A DNA stretch of 64,000 nucleotides from Macrostomum lignano (taxonomy: Eukaryota), in the NCBI GenBank assembly GCA_002269645.1, contig NIVC01000083.1, positions 1 to 64,000 of the forward strand, written 5' to 3'. Below, piece by piece: positions 11,829 through 22,509 of the stretch. A program made the position numbers and the translations under genes. Positions within the stretch are counted from its first letter, which is position 1. The number at the start of each line of letters is the position of its first letter. The notes under the pieces were generated by a model that was not told the origin of the DNA, did no database searches, and saw only the letters and a list, made by a program, of their open reading frames with translations.

Positions 11829-12591
11829 CTAACAAAGTTCCAGGGTGTTACAACAGCCGATCGCGCAAAATCTGACAGGAAATCGAAAGCGCCATTCACG
11901 GTTAGAAATTCGTCCATACCCAACGAGGCGAATCTGCTAGCAAATGTCGGATTAAAAGTCAGCGTATCGTACAACACTAACGAGACAAATGCGGCGCTAA
12001 ATGCGGCCAGAATTGTGGCGCCAAAATTGAAACAGGCGCCAATAGGATCGACTAGCGAGCGGGCGCAACGCCAGGCTGTGTAGAGATAGGGCACAGCGGC
12101 GAAGGCGACAAAAGTTGGCCGATTCATAACCCCGATAGCGGTGACAATTCCGGCTGTTGATAGGAGCACCTTTACTAGTGTATGACGACTATTGCCAGGC
12201 GCGGAATAGGCATTGAAGGCAAACAGTAGGCAGATAAAAACAATAGCTAGAAGACTCGACTCAATGGCATTGCTCAGAGTTCTAGTACCGTGCACCATGA
12301 CTATGTACGATGAAGAGTAGAGGAACAGGCAGCGAAACGTGTCCAGACCGAGCTCTCTAGCCAGTAAAGCTACCATAGCGTCATTTGCTAGCGACAAAAC
12401 TGCTATAGACAGCCGGGTGACTATCACAACAAAGTAGGCGTCAACGTACCAAGAGAAACCGTCCACTAGCAGATGTTTAAATAATAGTAGCGGGCCGTGA
12501 TAGAACAGATGGAGTATGGCGGCGCTACGGATTGGACGATCAACGGTGAACTCCCAGGGTGGCGGGCTGGTTCGGACACCGAGGAGGTCGC
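11829..12591 (-). CDS. PIGZ: PIGZ exon 2
   Basis: Acceptor aatcgcAG|GC, donor GTT AG|GTAGAC; GDLLGV..PWEF...RS, TRTLSNAIES, NRPTF, VTPWNF match PIG-Z. Confidence 0.93.
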
Positions 12592-12769
12592 CTGCGATTT
12601 TCAAAGATAAAAATACATACGGTTACACAGCTTGCTAGCTTGATAGCTGGTCGGTTGGTCATAAAATTGAAGTTAGGTTGAAGTGCTAGCGGGTCAGAGA
12701 AGTTAATCGATGGGTTGGTTGGTGCGCAAGCGGTCAGAGAAATAAATAAAGGGGTTGGTTCGTAATCGT

Positions 12770-13170
12770 GCGCTAGCGGCCAGAGAAATAAATGGAGGGG
12801 GGTAGTTAGTGTGCTAGCGGGCAGGGAAACAAATTGAGGGGGTGGTTAGTGTGCTAGCGGGCAGGGAAATAAATTGAGGGGGTGGTTAGTGTGCTAGCGG
12901 GCAGGGAAATAAATTGAGGGGGGTGGTTAGTGCGCTAGCGGGCAGGGAAATAAATTGAGGGGGGTGGTTAGTGTGCAAGCGGGCAGGGAAATAAATTGAG
13001 GGGGTGGTTAGTGTGCTAGCGGGCAGGGAAATAAATTGAGGGGGTGGTTAGTGTGCTAGCGGGCAGAGAAATAAATTGAGGGGGTGGTTAGTGTGCCAGC
13101 GGGCAGGGAAATAAATTGAGGGGTGGTTAGTGTGCAAGCGGGCAGGGAAATAAATTGAGGGGGCGGTTCG
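12770..13170. repeat. Minisatellite, ~40-bp unit GCTAGCGGGCAGGGAAATAAATTGAGGGGGGTGGTTAGTGT, in PIGZ intron 1
   Basis: Tandem units visible. Confidence 0.93.
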
Positions 13171-13209
13171 TGCGCTAGTGGGAGGGAAGAAAACAAATAT
13201 ATTTCTTAC

Positions 13210-13324
13210 CCGCAGAAATCTCAATTGACTGCATAAACTCATCCGGATGCAGATAGCCAGTTTGTGGCAAAAATATAAAAAAGAAACGAAACAGCAGCAA
13301 GGCTGTATACGGCTTTGAGTTCTC
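13210..13324 (-). CDS. PIGZ: PIGZ exon 1 (ENSKPYTALLLFRFFFIFLPQTGYLHPDEFMQSIEISA); no ATG ahead of the HPDEF motif
   Basis: Missed by the ORF track. PQTGYLHPDEF is the hallmark N-terminal PIG-Z motif. Donor GCG G|GTAAGA; acceptor tttaatttatttcAG|GAG in phase 0. The three exons total 1731 nt (576 aa plus stop). Confidence 0.9.
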
Positions 13325-13345
13325 CTGAAATAAATTAAAGTACAA
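13325..13345 (-). promoter_or_regulatory. U-rich acceptor (TTTAATTTATTTCAG) with no evident upstream cis donor exon; candidate trans-splice site
   Basis: Only ~415 nt separate it from the PTPMT1 stop, and no ATG-bearing exon with a usable donor was found in that gap by eye. Confidence 0.6.
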
Positions 13346-13739
13346 AATAATTACGTAGCAATTACAATGAATTACATTATCTGCTGCGAAACCTAAATTA
13401 AATGTAAGATATATATATATTTTAAAGGAATTGGTGAAGATTCTTCAGGGGAACGGGTGGAGATTCTTTAGAGGAATTGGTGGATATACTTCAGGGGAAT
13501 TTTTAGAGATCTTCAGGGGAATTGGTGGAGATTCTTCAAGGAAGTGAGGCGCGCCTACCCTACAAATTACTATTTTAGTAGTGTAAAGCATTTAAAACGG
13601 TAAAAAATTAAAGAAATTATTGAAAAACGACGAGACCAAAAATTTACAGACAACTTCATTATGGATTAATCTGTTAAATTAGGAAACTCAAATGCTAGCA
13701 AATATCTAGGGATTTTACAAGCGCAGTAAAAAATCGAAT

Positions 13740-14300
13740 TCATCTTTCTCTAGCCTGCTCTAATCTCCAGAATTCGTGCAGTGCATCCAGCTGAGGCCGA
13801 TTCAACAGTAAGCTGGGCCGTTTGGCGCGCAATCTATCGCACGCATCCACTGGCGCCAGGGACCGATGGCGCCGCATTAGATAAGCCGCGGCCACTGTGC
13901 CGCTTCGAGTCCTACCAGCTCTGCAGTGCAAGTACACGCTGCCGCCCTTAGCAACCGTTGATTCGATAAAATCGCAGCATTTCTGCAACTGTCTAGCGCT
14001 TGGCGAATGACCGCCAAAATCTGGTACAGATAGTTGCATCCGAGCTAGGCCCAGCCTGCGGCACTCTTTCTCCCCGGCAACCCAAGCCGGCTTAACCTCG
14101 TGCGGTTCGTTTATACTCAGTACAGCTTTGATGCTCTCAGATTTTGCTACAGACTGGAATTCTCTAACCAATGGCAGCGCGCCCAGCACGAGGTGCTCAT
14201 CGATACGGTTGTACCAGTCAGACAGGCCAAGCAGTCGCCACGTCAGCGACTTGGTGACAGCTGGGTAGAATAATAAGCGATGGATGGATGGCCAATCCAT
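13740..14300 (-). CDS. PTPMT1: Mitochondrial phosphatidylglycerophosphatase / PTP-family phosphatase, intronless, 186 aa
   Basis: RLLFYP, DWYNRID..LVLGALP, VYLHCRAGRTRS (CX5R) and QLDALHEF align with PTPMT1. Confidence 0.93.
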   Translation of the reverse strand: MDWPSIHRLLFYPAVTKSLTWRLLGLSDWYNRIDEHLVLGALPLVREFQSVAKSESIKAVLSINEPHEVKPAWVAGEKECRRLGLARMQLSVPDFGGHSPSARQLQKCCDFIESTVAKGGSVYLHCRAGRTRSGTVAAAYLMRRHRSLAPVDACDRLRAKRPSLLLNRPQLDALHEFWRLEQARER

Positions 14301-14341
14301 GAATCAATCAGTCAGGTGACTGTGTCTTTGTTAACAATTTT

Positions 14342-14942
14342 CGAGGGGTGTCCAAAAGTAGTGGGAATTTTCAACCTAACTCATAGTTGGATTCATATAG
14401 ATAGGAATGGCGCTGACGTTAATTGAAAGCGACTTTATGTATCTATAACATACTTTTTGAATACCAATCTAGTACCGTGATCAATCCACCGATGCTCCAC
14501 CAAGACAATTCACAACCACACACGGCTTCAAGGACAGTGGAGGCAATTCAAAGCATGAAGTTTGAACTTCTGCCTTACCCACCATACTTGTCTGACTTGG
14601 CTGGGAGAAGAACGTCAACTGCAACGGTGACAACGAACGTAAAGGTCTCCATCCCTAACGACAAGGATATTTGAGTGTGACTGACTATCGTGTTAAGAAC
14701 TTCAATAGATATGCTCTTACAGATCGATAGTCATGTTTTGTTGTTTTGTTGTTTTGGAATTTTGGAATTTGGGCACGGTACTAGATTGGACATAACTTCT
14801 GAATGCCGGTAGGTATTTACAAAATTCAAAAAGTATGTTATAGATAGATAAAGCCGCTTTCATTTAACCTCAGCGCTGTTAATCTATCTGAATCCAACAA
14901 TGAGTTATGTTGAAAATTCCCACTACTTTTGGACACCCCTTG
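14342..14942 (+). mobile_element. Internally deleted mariner element with long mirrored arms
   Basis: TIRs CGAGGGGTGTCCAAAAGTAGTGGGAATTTTCAAC / GTTGAAAATTCCCACTACTTTTGGACACCCCTTG, TA on the right (TT on the left), arms stay similar for ~140 bp, and the central remnant LHQDNSQPHTA...LLPYPPYLSDLA matches mariner HDNARPH / HPPYSPDLAP. Confidence 0.88.
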
Positions 14943-15194
14943 TAGGTATCAATCAGTCATGGTGACTGTGTCTTTGTTAACCAAAAGTAACTATCAGAGA
15001 CATGCTAGCCTGTCTATAACTAAGGTGTACAGCGGTCCCTGTCTATTAATCCTCAGGTATATACACCCTCTGCACAAGGGAATCTGACCTTACTCCTATC
15101 TTAGTTATAAAGATAGCTAAGATATATAGATATATAAAGATGACCTTATTCAAATGAATAAAGAAAATAAACAAGTTCATCGAAAAAATAATAT

Positions 15195-15200
15195 TTTATT
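15195..15200 (-). promoter_or_regulatory. AATAAA polyadenylation signal ~130 nt after the TTC4 stop
   Basis: TTTATT on the plus strand, followed on the minus strand by a U-rich stretch. Confidence 0.55.
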
Positions 15201-15325
15201 AACAAACGTGCGCCGACTTGCAGACAAACAGACAGACAATCACCGCTTACAAATTGGTAACAACCCCAGTTTACAAGATATCAAAATTCATCATAAATGA
15301 TCATAAAATTAGTCAGATTTCCCAG

Positions 15326-15607
15326 TCACTGCGAATCCCACCACTCCTTAAGCCAGCGGTCGTGATAAGGTCCCGCCCGCAGTACAGTCAACAGCAGTAC
15401 AGAGCCAGTCAGAGCAGCCTCTGGTCGTTTTAACACCTGGGCCAAGGTTAGGCGTTTATCAAGCGTCTCAGGTTTAGCCTTTGATGTTGCCGCTGAATCG
15501 GAGGTGCTGCTGCAGTCTAGGTAGAAGAGAGCACTGTCTGGATTGTAGGCTTTAGCTGAGTTCCAGGCTGCCGGTGGCTGACTAGGATCAAACACGGTTG
15601 CCGCCAC
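15326..15607 (-). CDS. TTC4: TTC4/Cns1 last exon (C-terminal wheel domain)
   Basis: Phase-0 acceptor ttctcaAG|GTG matches the phase-0 donor at 29055. VF..PAAW....YNPD...YLD and LTLAQVL resemble TTC4 MF..PSWD..KYCPD..VYFE and STLLQVL. Confidence 0.78.
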   Translation of the reverse strand: MAATVFDPSQPPAAWNSAKAYNPDSALFYLDCSSTSDSAATSKAKPETLDKRLTLAQVLKRPEAALTGSVLLLTVLRAGPYHDRWLKEWWDSQ

Positions 15608-16029
15608 CTTGAGAAGATTTAATTATGCGCTAATTGGAAACATTGAATTTAAAATGATAACCATCTCAACCCACATCTACGAGCGTACCAACCATCAACA
15701 TCTCTGTCCCCAAAAAAATATTCTTATCAAACTGCAGTAGAACAGCAGTATTTTACTTAGGTATTTTTTACTGTCTCGGAACCTAAGTAAAACAGCAGTG
15801 ACATACTGCATGTGCACATCGGCAAAACTTAATTACTGCGCATTTACTGGGAAAGCTCTTTAAGACAAGCTGAAGGCGTAGTGCCTCTTAATTCGAAGAC
15901 CAAAGCAAAAAGACAATTATGTGTAGCATAAGAACTAATTTTACTTCCACTAAGCGGTTGAATTAAATAAATGAAAATTGTTTTTATAAACAAATTTGAT
16001 TTTAAAAGCTTTGTTTTTGCAGTTTAACA

Positions 16030-16560
16030 TGTGTGGCAGGCGGGATGCCACTGTAAATTGAAACTCTAATTAACTGTTAATTTTGCAATTAGTCGTCCCC
16101 GCGCTGTCCGCTGAAGTTTCCCCTGTGTGGCTTGTTTTGGGTTTCCCAGACATCGCTCCACCGCATGTTCCACGCGTTGATAAATATTATCCTTTTGTGG
16201 AAGTTTGTTAAACTGCACTATTGTCCCGGGTTTTTTTTGTTACTGCCCATGCTGTGACCAGTGTGCCCACCGTGGCTTCCAGCAGCTGCTCCCACCCGCG
16301 GAACTGCTTGCTGTCTCTATTTAAACCCCCCCTTGTTTCATGTGCAATTTCATTCCCAGTTCCCCCGTTCCTCTACTTCCTTTACCTTTTCCTTTGCTGA
16401 TTCGTGCACCCAATTATTTACTTGCTTCGACTGTTAACCAAGTTTAATAAGTTCATTAATCAGAGAGTTTTCTATTATAATTTAGCACCCCGGTGCCGTC
16501 GCAATTCATCTCAGTCGTTTAATCAGCTATCCCAAACTGCTTGCGAATTAATAACTGACA
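16030..16560 (+). mobile_element. Possible solo LTR
   Basis: TG...ACA ends and a TATA-like CTATTTAAA near 16317; no convincing TSD. Confidence 0.3.
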
Positions 16561-19029
16561 TTAAATAATATCTAATAAATAAACTACATCCTACTTATTC
16601 GTTGATCCATAAGCAATAGCCTATCTTGAGTTCTTTGCCCACGGGGCGTAAAACAAACGAAGTTCTAAGCTCAAAGAAAGCTTCGAGACTTATTCGTTCC
16701 GTAATACGTAAATTACGGTGGTGGCAGCTCTACACTACTGAGAGTAATAAGCTCAGCAACTCGACGCATTAGTTTTCGGTATCAGAATCTCCGGCGTCTA
16801 CTATTTGAACGACCGTGCCGCTAACGACCGCTCCGCTACGATTACGACTACCCTCCCCCGGAACTTGAGGACAGTCGGAGTAAAACAGGAGAAAGAAATT
16901 CGTTGTGATTCGTCTGCGCGATTTTCTGGATTTATTCGTGCGAACGCAACGCCGGCGGGAATTCAATCGTGGAATCCACCCCACCTCACTGGTGACAGTA
17001 ACCGACCAATTTCCAAACAAAACTTTCTCCGCCCCCACCTCACATGAAAGTTTAATATTTAAGAACCGATATCATGGGCATGGCAGATTTGGCAGACATG
17101 AAAGACAGTCGATTAAAACTAATTTGTGATTTTATTATCTTCTGCAATCAATGTCCATCTTCTGCTGGATATTTTTGGCTATGCAGGACGTTGATACGAA
17201 ACAAATAAAACTGCAAGAATCGCAAAGAACAATAGGCCTAACATAGGCCTAGTGAATGAATTTAATTTAAAATACTTTACTGTTTTGTAACATGTTATAA
17301 CATCTGCAGCCTGTCGTAGCATATCACCACATGACCATTGCAATGGAATTAGCTTCTTGGTTTATCATATTGATATCTAACTGCTAGCTGGGTAGTTAGG
17401 CTAGGTTCGCTGGGTTGAAAGATATAGACAAATTGATGAATCAGTGGATCAAATTAGAAAGAAATTTGAGTAGGCATAGCCAAATTATGGCCAGGGACAA
17501 AAAGCTTTTATTGTAGAAATTATAGTATACCTTAGGCCTATAAATTAATAATATAAGTCTATATTATCTATAGAGTACTATGCATTTTAGAAGCTTAGTA
17601 TTGCAATTTATATTAATAACTATATATTGTTTTTTATGTATTATAAATAATTAATATTACTGTTTTAAGATAGGAAAAAAGTAGATAATTTGCTCCTGAA
17701 GTATGTAGTCTATGATTTGAAATATAGTAGAGCAATTCTCAAAATAATGATAAATTGTCACTTATCCTTTTTACTTTATTACTAGTCATTTTTTGTTTTT
17801 TTTAACCTTCCTTTGCACTAAGAGGTTTCACAATTAACCTAAATATTTTGGACCAACAAAAATAACATCTTTGTGTTTTGCAAAGAGCTGTTATATATAA
17901 TAAACTTTTGATTTAAAAGTGTTTTAGACTTATGTTAGCCCTAAATTTCATCATAATTAGTCAAAATATACTTTAGTTTTCTACACTATATACATTATAT
18001 ACTTTCTAAACCATATACTATTAGTATAAATATATATAGCTTTAATTATTCTACATTAGTCTAAGGCAAAACAGCTTTTAGCTATAATTTTATGAATATA
18101 TTCATTTTATATTAGGCAACAAAGGTGTTTGTTCAGTTCGTTAGTAATATAAGATATAATGGCAAAAACATTTATTACATTAAAAATTAGATAAAATAGT
18201 TTCTAGAAGATAAAAGTGCTAGTCTATCAAATAATGTTAGATTCTAAGTTGGCTTACCAAGCCTAAATGGGTAAAAAATCGATTCATTTATTGGCAGTTA
18301 AAAATCATGATTAGTCACTTTGAAATGAAATTGCAACTAGCTCTGCTATATATAGCGATATAGCTATTTAGCTATATAAAGTAGCAAAAACACAAATCAT
18401 AACAATTGCTAATACTTCTACAAGCCATATTGTACTCTCATTCTAGTTTAGAAATATGGAGTTGGCTTCCTGTAGTTGTGTATATATAAAGCCATTGTCT
18501 AAGAAAGATAGTATGTGTTGATACCTAATCATAACTAGTTTGACTAAAGTGTTACAGGGTTTTCTTCTGCAGGTTATTACTATTTCAATATAACTGATTA
18601 TTTAAATTACTTCCTAAGTATTACTAGTTTCCTCTCACTTCCTAGTAGCATTTGACAAAAAATGTCCCATAAAAGGGCCATTTTATCTATGGGTAACTTA
18701 CTAAATTCCCTCTAATTCTATCGTCTGCTTATTCTCTTTTGTGTACTTACCAAGTAGCATGTAGTAAATGTTAATTGGCAGTGTTAGGGTAGCTGTTTGG
18801 TAGTGGTTTCTGTGGCTTAAGTGGCTTACTTATCAAGGCTCTAGTTTATTATCCTGTCTTTCAGGACTAGAGGGTCATAGCAAATTCTTATCTATATTTC
18901 TATTCTAGAAAATCAAGCCCAATTTTGCTACTTGTAACAGTGGTAGATGCTCTACTAATTGAGCTAGCTAATCATAATTTTCAACATTGTATGGGAATCT
19001 AGCAATCATTCTCTAACCTTTCAGCAAAA

Positions 19030-21138
19030 ATGAAACGGCAGCTTTGGGACAAGACCTATTATGAAAGACAAGAAATAAAAACACGTGGACTGCAAGGTAG
19101 CCCAGAAGAAAATGAACCGTCCCAAAATACCAGTAGATACCAGGGAGTTGAATCTACTAGTGGCTCTAGCGCCTATAATGAGTATGAGATAAAACATAGT
19201 TCACCAATGGAAGAAGCCAATGAACTTTTGTGCACCAGATGGGGCAAATGAAAGCGACAATTCTGACATTGGAACTAAAGCATATCCTGATTGCATTAGC
19301 AAGTCATCTTCTTTGGATAGTGTTGAGACTGATTGTACTAGGGACGATTTTGAATTAGCAATAGTTAGCTGGTTTAGAAGGAACCCGTCTGTATCAAAGA
19401 CAGCATGCAATGACCTGCTGTCTGAGTTAAGAAAGTTCCATGTGAATCTTCCACTGAGTATCGAGACACTCTTGTCACGACATGCACCATTTCAAGGTGA
19501 AATTGTGTCAGACATTAGGGCAGAATATTCGCAACACTATTTTACTATTCTTCAGTCTCTTGAGCGGGAGCTAAGAAGTAATGAACTTTCTGATCACATG
19601 AAGTCAGGACTGATACTGAAGTTTCACTTTGATGGGGTAGAGCTGCATTCAAGTGGAGACAAGTACACGTGGACAATATTAATGCAGTTGTATCCTATCA
19701 AAGAAGAACCAATTTTGGTGCAATTTTATTCCGGTTCATGCAAGCCTGATCCTAGTAGCTTCTTGCGATCTTTTGTAGATGAACTAAAACCCATTTGTGA
19801 ATCAAAGTCTCTTGTTCTTCATGACATCCATTTGTCCAATGTCAAGGTTATCTTTATCTGCGACACACCTGCACGCGCACTTTTCAAGTGCACAAAAGGT
19901 CACACAGACTATTCTGTGTGTTGAGCGGTGCGAGGTTGAAGGTTTCTATGAACATGACCGTCGGACAGTCATTTTCGATGAATTGACGGCACATGCTCGC
20001 ACAGACAAGAATTTTCGAGATAAGACTGACCAAGAAAATCACAATGGGGTATCCATTCTAGAGGAACTTAAAGTCGACATGGTGAAGATTTTATTTTGGA
20101 TCCCATGCATCTAATACTTTTAGGTGTAATGCGTAGGACACTCAACTTCTGGATTAGCCAAGGTTCTGTGGCATGCCGCCTCCCTTCATTAGTTATTCGC
20201 ACTATAAATAGAAAGCTGCAGCGTAGCATGGAATCAGTGAAGAACTGCTTTAGTCAAAAGGCACGTAGTTTGCAATACGTAAACAAATTCAAGGAACGGA
20301 ATTCGCTTTGTTACTTAAGTTCACTGGAGTAGTGGTTTTTGAAGGAAGCTTGTCTGATGCCACTTTTTGCAACTTCCTGCTTCTGCATGTTGCATTCTTC
20401 GTTCTTTCAGACAGCGTCCTTTGTGTGACACACTTGGACTTGGCAAAGAAGTGCATAGACGAATTTCTGAGGCATTCGCGCATTATTTATGGTGCTAGTT
20501 TCTTTTCTATTAACGTTCACAGCCTGGCACATGTGCCTGATGATGTCAAGAACCACAAGCTCTCACTTCATCCAATGAGTGCTTTTCCATTCGAAAACTT
20601 TTTTTTGCTCCTAAAGGCAATTAAGTCTCCCTACCTTTCAGCACAGCAGGTTAGAAACTTGGTTAGAACGAGCAGGTTGTCAAGAAGCAGTGATAAAACA
20701 TCAATAAGAATTAAAAACAAGTGCGCTTCGCCCTGAATTTTTTGCCCGACGAAATGCGATCGGCTTCCCTATTCAAGTCAATTACATTTGACAACGTAAG
20801 AGTGTGCTGCAAAGACCAGCATGGACAGTTTTTTTGCGATATCGTTTAAAGAAATCTATCGACTTAAAGTAGTAATTAGAACTGAATCGGAAAGCATTTT
20901 GTCTGCAAAGAAATTGCAACTGGATTTAGCAAAGGATGCCTATGAGTACTCTGTAGTTTCATCAGAACTAGGAATCTTTTCTTTATTTTTTCGTAAGCTA
21001 AGACATCAAGGGGACAATTCGAAATTTAGAGAGGAAGATTGTATTCACTTTGTGCCTGTAAAAGCTGTACGATTTTTTTATATGTGCCTACCCACCGTCG
21101 ACAATGAACAAGTATTTTTCCCAATTCAACTTGACTAG
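19030..21138 (+). pseudogene. Frameshifted EnSpm/CACTA (CMC)-type transposase
   Basis: Consecutive ORF pieces carry animal EnSpm motifs: FHFDG..L.SS...WTIL, YSG..KP, FVDEL, FICDTPARA..K..KGH..Y..CERC, DPMHL..LGV, NVHSLAH, SAFPFENF. Several frameshifts. Confidence 0.85.
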
Positions 21139-21143
21139 GGAAA

Positions 21144-22509
21144 ATGTACGCCATTTCGCATTTGCACAATTGCAGCCAACTGCTTGAAGCGCGATGGAAA
21201 ATACACACTTTCTGCTTTTTTTCGCACAGACCAAAGCTTTTTTATCGCACCAATAGTTATCCTTGATTTGCCGGATCGCTGCAAAAACTGGACTCCTGAT
21301 GAGTGGAACAACAACTGTGACGAAGAAGTATCTGTGATCTGCACTACTTCTGATTGGAGGGCTGAGGGTGTGGTCCTGCAGATCGCACACTCGCATGATA
21401 GCCTCGCTGCATCTTTAAAGCAGGCGAGGTCTCTGCGCTATGAAAAAGAGGCAAAGGTAGCCGATATGCTGAAGTTCTTTCGCCAGAGGTTCAGGAGTTC
21501 TAACGCTAGATGCACTTTCCCAGCCCATATACAAACTGAATCCGATGTTTCTGATGCAACGGCGGAGCTCCGCGCTGCAGGCGCGACTACAATCAGGAAG
21601 AAACAACTGGGAAAGTAATCGGTGTCCATGCCCCGCCCTATCCAATGGCAGGTCAATTCGACCTACGTGCCAGTGTTTTAGATCCAGAATCTGAGCCTGT
21701 AGTTTATAACATAGTAAACCTCTCTGAAGAAGGGACTCTGTCATGTGCGTATGCGACTTCAGCAAATTGTGCTACTACGGCTAGCGTCGCACAGCTCGCG
21801 GGCACAATCAGCAGCCCAACTGAACATCATCAAGGACTACCTGCAGGTGCTGCAACTGGTAGCTGCTCGTGCTCTTGCCAAGCGGAGATTCGAGAGCTCC
21901 GTGACTTTGTGATCCAAGTGATTGCTCAAAACAAAGTGCAGACGCGGATTTTGCAAGCCATACAGAGTGCTGCCAGATTCCAAACAGCGACTGATTTAGA
22001 CGAGCTGCCAGATGATGTGAAGCTGCCAGCAACATTCCTACCAGAGATGGAGCGTGCAGAGGAGTGGGCTTCCACTCCTGATAACAGAAAGTTGCTGAAG
22101 AGCCTGTTGGAGAGACATGTAGGGCTCAGCGCTGGGGAGACTGCCCAAAATTGCTTGCGTCAAGTATTCACGAAGGATACGGCCAAAGTTGTTACTTTTG
22201 TGTCATCTGCCAACTCCAACCAGGAAGGTGGTCAGCCGCGAAAGTTGGCAGTGAAGACTGACCTTCCAAATTTGCTCAGATGCATAAAGGGTAAGTCACA
22301 TCTGTTTTATTTTTCACACATCTTTTATGCAGTAAAGCATGTACAACTGTGAAAAAAACTGAGTGGAAAAAAACAACCCAAAAATTGTGACCAAAAATGC
22401 ATTTGTCTTTCTAGGAGCAGTTCGCAAGAATCATCCAACGCAGACAGATCAAGGCCTGCACAGGGACATTGTTACGTGGTTGAACAATCAGAAGCCGCGA
22501 AAGAAGTGA
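21144..22509 (+). pseudogene. Second (accessory) gene of the EnSpm-like element, frameshifted, with one intron at 22291-22414
   Basis: Starts 6 nt after the transposase stop. Donor AAG G|GTAAGT, acceptor ttgtctttctAG|GA, last exon GAVRKNHP...DIVTWLNN. Coiled-coil plus BEN/DUF4806-like helical C-terminus typical of such elements (recalled, not searched). Confidence 0.65.

Noticed and set aside
13900-13945. PTPMT1 active site HCRAGRTRS instead of the usual HCKAGRSRS
   Set aside because: Catalytic Cys and Arg are kept and the changes are conservative; not enough to claim altered function.
15326-15607. Stand-alone 93-aa gene with a GTG or SL-donated start
   Set aside because: Sequence and phase fit the missing C-terminal wheel domain of TTC4, so it is better read as TTC4's last exon.
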